A stretch of 63,399 nt of DNA, counting the filler, from Octopus bimaculoides (Eukaryota), in the NCBI RefSeq assembly GCF_001194135.2. It is 4 parts of 4 records of this genome, joined end to end, with 100 filler letters (N's around TTAATTAATTAA, not from the genome) between each part and the next. Parts side by side here need not be neighbours in the genome. Positions count along the whole stretch, not along the records: positions 10,418 to 40,934 come from NC_069005.1; 3 more parts are not named here. One strand, written 5' to 3'. Shown here piece after piece: positions 23,941 through 36,714 of the stretch (the first letter of the stretch is position 1; every line of letters starts with the position of its first letter). A program made the translations under genes and the position numbers. The notes under the pieces were generated by a model, which saw only the letters and a list, made by a program, of their open reading frames with translations, did not search any database and was not told the DNA's origin.

Positions 23941-24660
23941 NNNNNNNNNNNNNNNNNNNNNNNNNNNNNNNNNNNNNNNNNNNNNNNNNNNNNNNNNNNN
24001 NNNNNNNNNNNNNNNNNNNNNNNNNNNNNNNNNNNNNNNNNNNNNNNNNNNNNNNNNNNNNNNNNNNNNNNNNNNNNNNNNNNNNNNNNNNNNNNNNNNN
24101 NNNNNNNNNNNNNNNNNNNNNNNNNNNNNNNNNNNNNNNNNNNNNNNNNNNNNNNNNNNNNNNNNNNNNNNNNNNNNNNNNNNNNNNNNNNNNNNNNNNN
24201 NNNNNNNNNNNNNNNNNNNNNNNNNNNNNNNNNNNNNNNNNNNNNNNNNNNNNNNNNNNNNNNNNNNNNNNNNNNNNNNNNNNNNNNNNNNNNNNNNNNN
24301 NNNNNNNNNNNNNNNNNNNNNNNNNNNNNNNNNNNNNNNNNNNNNNNNNNNNNNNNNNNNNNNNNNNNNNNNNNNNNNNNNNNNNNNNNNNNNNNNNNNN
24401 NNNNNNNNNNNNNNNNNNNNNNNNNNNNNNNNNNNNNNNNNNNNNNNNNNNNNNNNNNNNNNNNNNNNNNNNNNNNNNNNNNNNNNNATGGGTTGGGCTT
24501 ATTTCAGTTTCTGTCTGCTGCAGAATTTACTCAGCAGAAGATGCTGTGCAGTAAGACTGAAGCTGAAACCACATGGTTAAGTGGTTGAGAAACAAACTTC
24601 TTATTCGCACAGTCATACCTACATCACTTTTAACCACACAACCATATTTATGCCCAATGT

Positions 24661-24695
<35 letters not shown>

Positions 24696-25093
24696 GGGGG
24701 AGAAGGGGAGTGGGTGTTTGTATGCCTATAATCATGATCATTGTTGTCATTGCTACCAGCACCACCACCATCACTACCACCATCTTTATTAAACTATTAT
24801 TATCACTATCACCATCACTACCAACATAAGATGTCACCATCATTATCACAACCATCATCTCCACAGTGGTAGCTGTACACTCTCAGTAAAGCCCCCTATG
24901 GAAACAGTGAACCCCAAAAACGGTTAACACTTCTGTAAAAGTTGGTAAGACACTGCAGAATCCAAAAATGAACCAATAGAAGAAGACAATACTTGACTGG
25001 AGGATGAAGGAAGCTGAGACAATAGCACCAAAGCCATGGGTTATGGCAGCTGAAATTGGATGAGTTAAGGTCAAAAAGTGCAAATTCTGGAGA

Positions 25094-25168
<75 letters not shown>

Positions 25169-25352
25169 TATATTTTGAAAAAAATGTTATAGAAAAATTC
25201 TTCTCATTCCATATAATTATCTACAGTAGTAGGAAATGAAAGAGAAGGGAAATAAAGAAAACTTTCATTATTGATATTGTTATTATTATTATTATTATTA
25301 TTATTCTAGTTATAATAATTATTATTACCAGCCTCACCACTATTATTACTAC

Positions 25353-25389
<37 letters not shown>

Positions 25390-25414
25390 TATACTAACAC
25401 TATCACTTTTACAA

Positions 25415-25546
25415 TCACCCAGCGTTCAACTGGTACTTATTTTATCAACCTTGAAAGGATGAAAGGCAAAGTTGACCTCAGTGGAATTTGAACTCAGAAC
25501 AGAGCGATGGGCGAAATACTGCTAAGCATTTCATCCAGCTCACGGA

Positions 25547-25612
<66 letters not shown>

Positions 25613-25822
25613 CCTTTCTAGTGTACAAGGCCTGAAATTTGGTGGAGGGGATAGTTGATTACATTGACACCTCCCAGTGTTCAATTGGTGCTTATTTTAT
25701 TGACCCCAAAAAAATGAAAATCAAAGTCAACCCTGGCAGAATTTGAACTCAGAACATAAGGACGAATGAAATACTGCCAAGCATTTTGCCCGGCATGCTA
25801 ACAATTCTGCCAGCTCACCTCA
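25415..25822 (-). mobile_element. Two SINE family B copies separated by (AAT)n
   Basis: Reverse complement of the gagctggcagaa..gttagca...gagttcaaattc...tttcatccttt consensus seen at 56138 and 56800. Confidence 0.8.
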
Positions 25823-25904
25823 ATAATGATGATGATGATGATGATGATGAAGACGATGACGACGACAATAATAATAATAATGATAATAATAAACTACAAT
25901 ACCA

Positions 25905-26305
25905 GGCAATGGCTCTCATGGCTTCTGATCTAACTGATTGCAAGTGTTATCTTGGTATAAAAGATGTGCAACAGCAAATATTCTGCTCAATACTACAGGT
26001 TTGCTTGTCAGTTGTTTGACCTTAACCAGTTGAGCATGTCCCTTAGTGGCTGATGATATGTGCATCTCTGATCATGAGCAGAAGTAGTGGGGGAGCATCA
26101 TAGTCATGTGTTGAAAGGAATTCTTTGGGTTTTGGATAATTCACCTTTGGAAACATGGGTGTTTCGTTTAACATCCTTAAACAACCCTTACTCAGGGACC
26201 TTTTGAGTAGGATGGGCTACTTGACAGGTATATTGGACTTTGTATATTTTACCCCAGTGTCACTTTGATGGCGTGCACTGCTCTTTCACTTGATAATAAT
26301 AATAA
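25905..26305 (+). mobile_element. Interspersed retroposon-like repeat with (TAA)n tail (family E)
   Basis: Homologous inverted copy at 56285-56612; ends in gcactgctctttcacttgataataataat. Confidence 0.65.
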
Positions 26306-27061
26306 TAGAACTAACATCTCTTACATGAAATCAAATAGCAGAGTCTGTTTATATAGCAGTCAGGTGAGGGCAAATCATCTCTTAACACAAAATCAACATC
26401 TTCAATTTTTAGATCTATCACATTTACAAGGGAAAATGTATATGGAAGAATTTCTAAAAACCAAACATCATTTCTTTGTCACAAATCAAAGAGAAAAATT
26501 ATATCCCTACTGACAGAAAGGTGGAAGGAAACTAAATCTTCACATCAAGTAGCACAACAAACACTCCAGGATATTGGGAGAAATCCTTTCAATTGAAAAC
26601 TGCAAAAGCTATGTCATCCTATATTGACTATGCCTCAGAAAAAGTCAGATCTACCCAATTAGAGTTGACCTAGGATTAAACAACAACAACAAAAAACAAA
26701 CGCTGATACAAAGCAGCAACATAAAACATGGACGTGCACTTCAGAAGTTTACTTCAGAAATAAAGATTTCAGATTTGGTCCTATTAAGTGGTAGCATGAG
26801 CAAATGATTTCTGCTGTAGTCATAAGTTAGTCAATATCATATAGTTGAAATTAGTAGATGGAAACTCTGTGTGTGGGTGGGTATATATATATATTTGAAA
26901 TAATAGAACTGGCTTTTCTGATAATTTTTCCACTTTAATAATTAGATGTTTATAAGTTTATAAACATCTAATTATTAGAGTGGAAAAAATTATCAGAAAA
27001 GATATTTCTATAAATTTTTTCAATTATATAATACTGTACCTAGAATTTTCTATTTCTTATT

Positions 27062-27102
<41 letters not shown>

Positions 27103-27149
27103 CACCTGTTTCTGTCTTCATTCCCAATCTCTCTCTCTCTCTCTCTCCC

Positions 27150-27590
27150 TAGCCGGGTAAACTTGTACCTCCCCTATAGAAAGACACCTGTTTCTGTCTC
27201 TCTGTCTCACTATAACCTTTCATCATCTGACACAAGATCATCTCCTCCAATGTCCCCACCCTCTCAAAAGAGATTTTTTTGTCTTGCAAGTATTTGGTGA
27301 CCCTGTCAATGCAGGTGCCACTTAAAACCACCCAGTCCACACTGTAAAGTGGCTGGCATTTGGAAGGGCATCCAGCTGTAAAAACCTTGCCAAAACTGAT
27401 CTCGCCTGTGCTTGTGCCATGTAAAAAGAACTAAGTCCACTCTGCTGAGTGGTTGGTGTTAGGAAGGGCATCCAGCTGTAAAAATCCTGCCAAAACAGTT
27501 ACAGAAGTCTGGTGCAGGCTTCTGCCTGGGCGGCTCCTGTCAAACCATCGCACCCATGCCAGCATGGAAAGCGATGAGGATGATGATATA
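27150..27590 (+). mobile_element. Non-autonomous element ending in the RTE-type 3' tail
   Basis: gagtggttggtgttaggaagggcatccagctgt...cccatgccagcatggaaagc(gat)n, same tail as 28381 and 37200. Further copies at 27885-28035 (+) and 33790-34110 (-). Confidence 0.75.
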
Positions 27591-28069
27591 TATACACACA
27601 CATATATATTTATGCGTGTGTGTGTGTTTATATACAAACACACGCATTCTCTCTCTCTCACTCTCTCTCACACACACACACACATATATACACATACATT
27701 CATCTTTGTTAGACAGCAGCCATGCTGTTGGTGACCTTGATAGGTTTTAGCTGAATAAATTGACCCCATTAATGTTTTTACCTTTTTAAAATTGACCCCA
27801 TTAATGTCTTTACCTATATGTCTAGTTGAATAAATTTACCCCATTAATGTTTTTACCACACACACACACACATATATATATGCAGGGAGGTTGGTGTTAT
27901 GAAGGGCACCCAGCCATATAAGCTGTACCAAAACAGACACAGAGGTCTGGTGCAGTCTTGTCTGGACAGCTCTTGTCAAACCGTCCAACCCATGCCAGCA
28001 TGGAAGGCAGATGTTAAGCAATGATGATGATGATAGACACACATACATATAATCAATGAAAGAGAGACA

Positions 28070-28325
28070 AAAGATGAGAATCTTTATTGATCACTACAAT
28101 TGCTTCAACCCATCTAGCATCAATTCCTTGCAGGTGGGATACTGCACAACTGGTTTAGATGTATCGATCAGTGTAGATGTTTCCTCAGATGATTTTCAAG
28201 AGGTATCTCATTAAAATAAACTCTGTTTCACACAACTTATGTTTACTTCTTGGGCTTCGTAGATAGAACTTGCAAAGTAAGGGATACTGCTTCATTCTTA
28301 TACAAAATCAATGACAAAGATCAGA
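28070..28325 (-). mobile_element. Unclassified interspersed repeat, inverted homologue of 32165-32430
   Basis: Reverse complement aligns by eye (tctgatctttgtcattgat...taagaatgaagcagta...tgagatacctcttgaaa...gatgctagatggg). Confidence 0.75.
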
Positions 28326-28380
28326 TGCAATATGAAACAAATATACAATAAAGTGAAACTCTGTGTGTGGGTGTGTATAT

Positions 28381-29869
28381 CATCCTCATCATCATCGTCA
28401 TCGTCGTTTAACGTCTGCTTTCCACGTCGGCATGGGTTGGACGGTTTCACTGAGGGCTGGCAAGCTAGAAGGCTGCACCAGGCTCCAATACAATATGGCA
28501 ATGTTTCTACAGCTGGATGCCCTTCCTAACACCAACCACTCCAAGAGTGTAGTGGGTGCTTTTTACATGCCACCAGCACGAAGGCCAGTCAGGCGGTACT
28601 GGCATCAGCCACGCTTAAATGATGCTTTTTACATGCCACCGACACGGGAACCAATCAGATAACACTGGCAACAACCACGCCCAAGTGGTGCTTTTTACAT
28701 GCCATAGTCAGCTGGCACTGGCATTGACCACACCTGAATGGTACTTTTTATATGCCACCAGCACAGGAGCCAGTCAGGCAGCACTGGCATCGACCATGCT
28801 TGAATGGTGCTTTTTACGAGCCACCAGCATGGGTGCCAATCAGGCGGTACTGTCACTGGCCACAACAATGACTTCATTTGCCTCAACAGGTCTTTGCAAG
28901 CACAGTTTATTGCCCAATGATTGAAGAGTATTCTTAAATGGGCTGGTTATGCTGCACTGGCATAGGCCATGGTTACAGTTTCACTTGGTTTGTCAGGCCT
29001 TCTCAAGCACAGCATATCTCCAAAGGTCTTGGTCACTTGTCATCACCTTGGTGAGGCCCAACGTTCAAAGGTCATGCTTTAACACCTCATCAAAGGTCTT
29101 CCTGGGTCTACCTCTTTTACAGGTTCCCTCTACTGCTAGGGTGTGACACATTTCCACACAGCTGTTTTCATTCATATGCAACACATGACCATACCAGCAC
29201 AGTTGTTTCTCTTGCACACCACAACTGATGCTTCTTATGTCCAACTTTTCTCTCGGTGTGCTTACATTCTGATGTGTATGCACATTACACATCCAGCAGA
29301 GCATACTGGCTTCATTCCTTGCAAGCTTACGCATGTCCTCAGCAGTCATGGCCCATGTTTCACTGCCATGTAGCATGACTGTTCCCCTACCTTTTACTCT
29401 GAGCAAGAGACCCTTTGTCACCAGTAGAGGTAAGAGCTCTCTGAACTTGACCCAGGCTATTCTTATTCTAGCAGCTATGCTCTCAGAGCAACCACCCCTA
29501 CTACTTTACTTGGTCACCTAGATAACGGAAGCTATCAACTACTTCTAGTTTTTCTCCCTGGAATGTGGCAAAAGTTGTTTTCTGCACATTTTCAGTGTTT
29601 ATTGCTCTTGAGCATCTGCCACATACAAAAACTATCTTCCCAGTTAACCTTCCTTTGATATTGCTGCACCTCTTATGTTTCCATAGCTTACAATGGGTAC
29701 ATCTTATAGAGTTTCTACCTACGCCTTTTCTACAGATTGAGCAGGGCCATCTATCTGAAGGGATTTGTGGTTTGTCTGCCTTCCTACTTATTAAGACTTT
29801 GGTTTTTGCAAGATTGACTCTAAGGCCCTTTGATTTTAAGCCTTGCTTCCACACCTGAAACCCACCCAT
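28381..29869 (-). mobile_element. RTE-clade LINE, 5'-truncated, with a PHD finger in the RT C-terminus and a repeated 3' UTR ending in (GAT)n
   Basis: GLRVNLAKTKV...[C4HC3]...LEVVDSFRYLG; ARIRIAWVKFREL; MLHGSETW; LCWYGHVLHM; RGRPRKTF; LWRYAV. Frameshift at ~29500. Confidence 0.9.
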
Positions 29870-29910
29870 CTATCAATCTATCCATCCATCCATACATACA
29901 TACATATATA

Positions 29911-30415
29911 AACCCACCCATGTCCTCCTTTAAACGCACCCAGAACCTACGCAATCTTCTTGTCTGTAGCACCTTTCCTCTTCCCCCCAGCCCCACCCGG
30001 ATCCTTCCCGTGCTCCAGATCCCGCGGTAACACCTGCCCCTTCATCACCAACATTACTTCTCTCACTGGTTCTAATCAGCAAACTCTTTGCATAATAAAT
30101 TCCTTCTCTTGCACCTCTTCTAGCTTCATATACTGTATTGGATGCAACCTCTGTGGTAAACCATATGTAGGTCAGACGGGCCACCGACTGGTCGACCAGT
30201 TCACCAAACATCTAAGGGATGTTCAGCTACATTCGAACACACCCGTAGCCCGTCACTTCTGCATGGCCAACTACTCCCCCTCTAACGTCTCCGTCTTTGG
30301 CCTCACTCTGCACCACGGATCCACACACTCACGGCTCCACCTGGAACAGCGGTATATCTTTAACCTACGAACAACTATCCCCTTCAGACTAAACACAACC
30401 CCCTCCTCCTATTGA
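29911..30415 (+). mobile_element. Penelope-like element GIY-YIG endonuclease (Neptune-like, CCHH type)
   Basis: PPMSSFKRTQNLRNLLV; CSRSRGNTC; FSCTSSSFIYCIGCNLCGKPYVGQTGHRLVDQFTKH...VARHF...RLHLEQRYIFNLRT. Confidence 0.9.
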
Positions 30416-30529
30416 CTGCCTCTACAGCTCCTGCAACTAAGCAACCTTATTTCATTTTTTTTCTTTGCTTGTAATTGATCTATTTTATATTGCATTAACT
30501 TCTTTATCTTCTTTCAACCTAATTTTTTA

Positions 30530-31860
30530 TAATTTCTATATACACACACACATACACGAAAAATCGCACGCACCCGTGTACACACACGAACGCACCCGTG
30601 TACACACACGAACGCACATATACATCCCACACACATACAACACACATACATGCACATATACACACACACACACACGTGTACAACTGCACACACACAGGAA
30701 TGCACAGATACCTAACCCACACAACCCCACATACACACAGACACATACCTATATACACACACATAAAGGTACACACGTACACACAACCACATACGCATAC
30801 ATACTCAAGTACATATGCATACATGCAATAAAATGCACATATAACCCGACATATCTCCATGTTCACACACACATATACACACGCACGCACATACACACGC
30901 GCACATATACACACGTACATACACACATGCACACACACACATATACACATGTACACACATACACACACTAGCACATATACCTCCAACACACAATACACAT
31001 ACAGATACGCACACAATCACACACACATAGGCAAAAACACACATGCACATAAACGCATGCACACACATACTCACAGGTACGCACATATACGCTACACAAA
31101 CCCCACACACACACAAATATACATACACACACATATACATACACACAATATATACATACACGCACACACACATATAGACATGTACACACACACGCACGCA
31201 CACGAATGCACACATACCTAACGCTCACAACCCCATACATACACATATACACACCCACATATGCATGCACATATACATACACACACGCACATGCATGTAT
31301 GTGCAAAACAACGCACCTATACCCCCTACACAACCCCTTGTTCACACACACTGGCACAAACACATGCACACACACAAAATACACACACACATACACACAC
31401 GCACACATATACACCCACACACACACATGCAGATGAACCCACACATACCTCCCATACACACACAGCACACACTTATACATACATGCACACAATTATACAT
31501 ACATGCACACACAGAGTAAAGGACAATTTCTCCACAGACACAACCTCACGCATACACACATGTACACACACACACTGGAAACAAAACACTCACACATTAC
31601 ATATACATATACGCACACACACATACTTCAAACTACCAGTACCTTTCTACTGACCATTCTCCTATGCATATGTGTAGGTAGACACACAACAGGCCACCAC
31701 TCCTACCAGAATTCTTATTATAAATTCTTCCTATGACCTTAAACGATACTATGTCCAACCACACACATACATAAACAGCCACAACCACACACACACACAT
31801 ACACGTGCTATCATTACACACACACACATATGCATGCACGCACGCACATACCCACACATA
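30530..31860. repeat. 1.3-kb (CA/TA)-rich cryptic microsatellite
   Basis: Direct reading; source of all the HTHT/CVCV ORFs in this interval. Confidence 0.95.
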
Positions 31861-31990
31861 CCTCCTTCTCTTGCACTCTCCTGTCTTTGAAAAGAACTTT
31901 TTCTCCACCCTTTCCCTTCCAGTCATTTAAATATGTGACCGCGTGTATATCTTTGGCGATTTTCTTTATCCCTTCTTTGAACTTTTTCTA

Positions 31991-32026
31991 TATTTCTGAT
32001 GAAGAGCTCTGCTCGAAACATGAAAT
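31991..32026 (+). ncRNA. Minimal type I hammerhead motif, probably inactivated
   Basis: attt-CTGATGA-a-gagc-tct-gctc-GAAA-ca-TG-aaat. Core and stems I and II are intact, but the cleavage triplet is AUG and the stem III palindrome has decayed. Confidence 0.7.
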
Positions 32027-32541
32027 CCTCTTTCTTTTCTTTCCTTTCCTGAGTGTCCAATAACACTACTTATTCCACGTCCTTGTGTTGTTTTTTCATA
32101 TTTTTTCTTGCTTGTTCATGTTTGGATTGACTATATATATATATGTATATACATGTGTGTGTTTCTTTTTTATCTGATCTTTGTCATTGATCTCCTATAA
32201 GAATGAAGCAGTAGCCATCAATTTGCCATTTCTATCAATGAAGCCCAAGAATAAAAACGCAGCAATAAGCTGTATGAAACAGTTTATTTTAGTGAGATAC
32301 CTCTTGAAATCACCTGAGTCACATCTACACTGAGGAATACACCTAAACAAGTTGTACAGTATCCCACACATGAGGGATCGATGCTAGATGGGTCAAAACA
32401 ATTGTAGAGATCAAGACAGATTCTCATATCTTCCATCTTCTGTCTTTCTCATTAATTACATACTCAACGAACACTGAACCAGTGAACATGCTTTACTGGC
32501 AAACTACCAAGTGTATACCATATGATTTATCAAATACTAAC

Positions 32542-32580
<39 letters not shown>

Positions 32581-33352
32581 TGATGAAGGCAACAGGAGAT
32601 AAGATTTAGCACTAGCCTTTATTCAGTACGACGATCATTTCGGCTGATCCTGCAACTGTTTGTTATTGGTAGAATTTTGTGCATCTAATTGTGTTGCATC
32701 AATCTGTTTGTGTCACATTAGTTACATGCATAAAGGAAGGGATGTTCTGTTAGATATACTGAGATTTCCAAGGTATGTTGTTCATGCCTGCTGTATTTTG
32801 GTTATAACTGGCTACAGTTGACCATGGGTATATAATATAAAATTATAATATAAAATTAAAATCATACAATCATAAAATTTAGAGTTTACACCTATCAAAG
32901 AAAGATTACATTTAGGTCAATGGGAAGTGGTGTGCACTCCCAGTCTTGAACACACACTCAGACAGGTATATAGACACAAACACGTATGTGTGTCTGTATG
33001 CCTGTCTGAATGTGTGCTTATGACTGGGTGAAAACCTAGTGGGACATCCCCTTTTTTATGCATGTACCTGATGAGACACAAACTGCACACATTGATGCAA
33101 CACAATTAGATGCAAAAAATCCTACCCATAACAGACAGTTGCAGGATGGGTCAAAACAATAGTCATACTTAATAAAGACTAGTGCTAAATCTATTTTCCT
33201 TTATTAATTAGTTTTATCTCAACTAACACTGCAGAATTCCTGATGTAGATCCAGAGGAAATATAACCCAACTGTGGATGACACCAGGTAACCCAAACTGT
33301 AGAACATGCTTTACTCAACACACTGACATATAGCCATTAGTCCCAAAAAGTT

Positions 33353-33385
<33 letters not shown>

Positions 33386-33424
33386 TATTAATATATAAGT
33401 AACTAGGTGAAAATTGGACACTGA

Positions 33425-33735
33425 CAAAGAAATTATCAAACGGGCTAAATAGATGCTACACAAGAATGCTTCAAATGACCCTAAATGTGAAATGGTGACC
33501 TGCTGAAAGTTAAAGAGAAGACCAAGCTAAGCCAGCTGTGACTATCTGGTCACTGTGTGCACTGCCCTGAACTGGAAGCATCCAAATTAGTCTTGTGGAA
33601 CCCACTTCATGGTGATGAAGAGGAAGAGGAAAATATCACACTTACATTGACAACTTGTTCACAAATACTGGCTTGGAATGTATCCAGGACATTGATACAG
33701 TGATGCTGGACCAAGAAGTGTGGCAGGTGGACTTT
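33425..33735 (+). mobile_element. RTE-like LINE C-terminal fragment (same family as 59545-60095), degraded
   Basis: LNRCYTRMLQMTLNVKW...LSGHCVH...ASKLVLWNP...TYIDNLFTNTG...VMLDQEVW. Confidence 0.75.
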
Positions 33736-34493
33736 ATTGCTGCAGCCCAAAATGGAATACACCCATAACAAAAGAAATACACATACAAATCATTGTCATC
33801 TTTATTTAATGTCCATCATTCATGTTGGCATAGGTTGGACAGTTTGACAGTAGTTGACAAGCTAGAGGATTGCATTGAGCTCCAATCCATTTTGACATAG
33901 CTTTTACAGATGGATATCCTTTTTAATACCAACGACTTTAGAGAGCAGACTGGACGCTTTTTACATGACACCAGCACCTGTGAGGGAAGCTCCTTTGATG
34001 GGTGGGGTATTAAAGGAGGTGGCTTGTGCCAGGTGATGAAAGGTTAGAGTATGATAGACAGACAGAAACAAGTGTCTTGCTGTAGATGAGATACAGAGTT
34101 ACTCTAGACAAAGAGAGAGAGAGAGAGAGAAAGAGAGGGAGAGAGAGAGAAGGAGAGACAGCCAGGGCAAACTCTCAAGGTACATAGGATGTGAATATGA
34201 ATGGGATGGTAGAAGATTGCCCAGGGTGTGTGAGTAAGAAGTTCACATGAATGTAAAAAGGGGGAGGGGGGATGCAGTGACTGGTGAAACCTGGGTATAT
34301 TGGGGTGGGGTATGATAAGATAAAAATGACACAATTGGCAGGGCAGAGAGGACAGGATATATACACATACAGGGAGACAGGACAGGATACACACACACAA
34401 GCACACACGCACACAAGCACACACGCACACACGCACACACGCACACACACACACACACGCGCGCGCACACACGCACACACACACACACACACA

Positions 34494-35648
34494 TCAGGCT
34501 GGGTAAAATGTAAGCAATGTTTTGAAACATGAAATTCATCACAATATATTTCAAGAATGCGGAAATTTTACCCATCAAAGTTAAGTACCATTACAGTGAA
34601 CACATTTTTGCCAATGAGTTACAAGTTTGTTTATTCTGTAATATAAAAATCTGGAGTTCTGAAGCTGATGAACTCTTTCAATGCACTTTGAATGCACTTT
34701 CAGGTCTGGGGAATAAGTTGAGTGGGGAAGAACTTCGTAGCCAAGTTCCTTCAATTTCTGGAGCATCATTAGTGAAAAGTGTTTGAGCATTGTCATGAAG
34801 AATGATTGGCCCTCTTCAGTTGACCAGTCTGGGATGGAGGAGTAGCAGTTTTTCATTCATTTTAGGCAATTTCATGGCAATATATTTCTTCAGTAATGGT
34901 TTTTTGGGGTTTTAAGAAGTTATAGTGGATGAGTCCAGCAGTACACCACCAAACAGTCACCATAACCTTTTTGAAGAGCTTGGTTTTAGGGAAGCTTTCC
35001 AGTGCTTCATTATGGTCCAACCACTGCGAAGAACATTTTTTATTATTATACAGAATCCACTTTACATCAATGCAGTCAAGAAATGGATTGGTCTGGTTAC
35101 AGAGAAGATGCGACGAACAAATTTCATATCTGCACATTTTTTGATTTTCATTCAAATTGTGTAGTACCCATTTGTCAAGCTTTTTTGATTTTCCAATCAC
35201 ATTCAAGTGGTTTTAGGCAGTTTTCTGGCTAACTTAAAGTTCTTTTGCCAGTTCTTGAGTGGTTTTATGTGGATCTTCCTCAATGACGGTCTTTAATTGA
35301 CCATTGTCGATGACAGATGGGCGTCCACTATGCTCACAATCTTCAAGGCTCAGGTCTCCACTGTGAAATCATTTAAACCATTTTCGAGCTGACCACTCAC
35401 TGGTCATTTCTTCACCAAACATTTTGCTGATATTGCAAGCAATTTCAGCTGCTTTACATCCTTTTTCGAAGTTGAATAGCAAAATTGCTTGAATATCATG
35501 CTCAGTCTATGTCTGTATTATCTATATTTGTGTGTATTTGTCTGTCTGTATTTGGGTATGTATGTGTTTAAAAAAAAAATCAAAACTGCAAAAATCCAGT
35601 ACAAATTCTTCATGGTTCAAAATATTGCTTACTTTTCACTCAACCTTA
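34494..35648 (-). mobile_element. Mariner relic (cecropia/Hsmar1-like) with both TIRs, internally deleted
   Basis: 30-bp TIRs (24 of 30 match). FNFEKGCKAAEIACNISKMFGE...SGRPS...GKSKKLDKWVLHNL...KWILYNN...KKVMVTVWWCTAGLIHYNFL...LQKLKELGYEVLPHSTYSPDL. Confidence 0.92.
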
Positions 35649-36212
35649 TACATACATACATACATACATACATACATACATACAGACAGACAGACAGACA
35701 GACATACATACATACAACAAGTACAGAGGAATAATTATAATGTGTTTCTTCCTGTTGTTTTCTCTCCTCTTCCTTCTTACTTCATGCCAGCCTTCTGTAA
35801 TGAACTACAAGCAATGCCCAATTTTATTTTATTTTTTTTCTCCTTTCCTCCTTTTGTCTCCATATCTCTCTCTCTTTGATAAGTCATAGTGATTCACAAG
35901 CACCACCCACAATTCTAACACAGCTGCCTGATTGGTGTATAATGGTAAATATCTTTAAGCATAAACATCAATCCAGCATGAAACCATTAATGCGAAATGT
36001 CTGATGAACCATACACGTGGAATAATGACATGCTCAAGATTCATAGATATTATAATATTGAAAAATATCCTATGGCTGTGAGAATATAGTCACAAATATA
36101 CATGTAGTATGCAGAAATGTACATAGCAATGCATTAATTAAATATAAATTTCTATCCACAAATAATTTGCATCATTATGTACAACATCTATATATAAATA
36201 TTTATATGTATA

Positions 36213-36569
36213 AGTAGTTGAAAAATATTGTTATAGGTATAAAAATACCATAAACAATTATAGAAAAGATGTTGAATCAAAATTTCTCCCTAATTGTATC
36301 TTATTTTAATTTATTTTATTTTATTAAACCTTTTTTGATATCCTTACAAAAATTTCTTCACACTGATGAAAATAACAATGCATAAATTTAATTATAATAA
36401 CTGTGGTTATAATTTTTTTCTTACATATTTTTATTGTCCTTTGAAACACGCATATGTATTAAATCCTTTTTTGTATCGAATCTAATTTTGATTCAACATC
36501 TTTTTCTCCTCTATTTTTCTATAATTGTTTATGGTATATTTATACCTATAACAATATTTTTCAACTACT
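36213..36569. mobile_element. AT-rich MITE with ~72-bp TIRs
   Basis: agtagttgaaaaatattgttataggtataaa.ataccataaacaattatagaaaa...gatgttgaatcaaaatt is inverted at 36484-36569, with one 13-bp indel. Confidence 0.85.
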
Positions 36570-36714
36570 ATTTTCATATTCTTATTACTTGCTCTGGCTG
36601 TTTTTTATGAATATGATGAATCTTTATTAGAAATCATTCTTTCTCTCTTTTTGGACCTCTCAAAAAGTTTGAATTGTTCTCTTTTGAACTTATTTTTTTC
36701 CATATATGTATGTA

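Noticed and set aside
24883-25086. Hydrophobic 66-68-codon minus-strand ORF after a CAG acceptor
   Set aside because: The pyrimidine tract is just a (TC)n microsatellite, there is no recognisable homology, and hydrophobicity is expected from T-rich DNA.
26345-26590. ~80-codon open + frame (QSGEGKSSLNTKST...GRNPFN)
   Set aside because: No recognisable motif, start or donor; compatible with chance in A-rich sequence.
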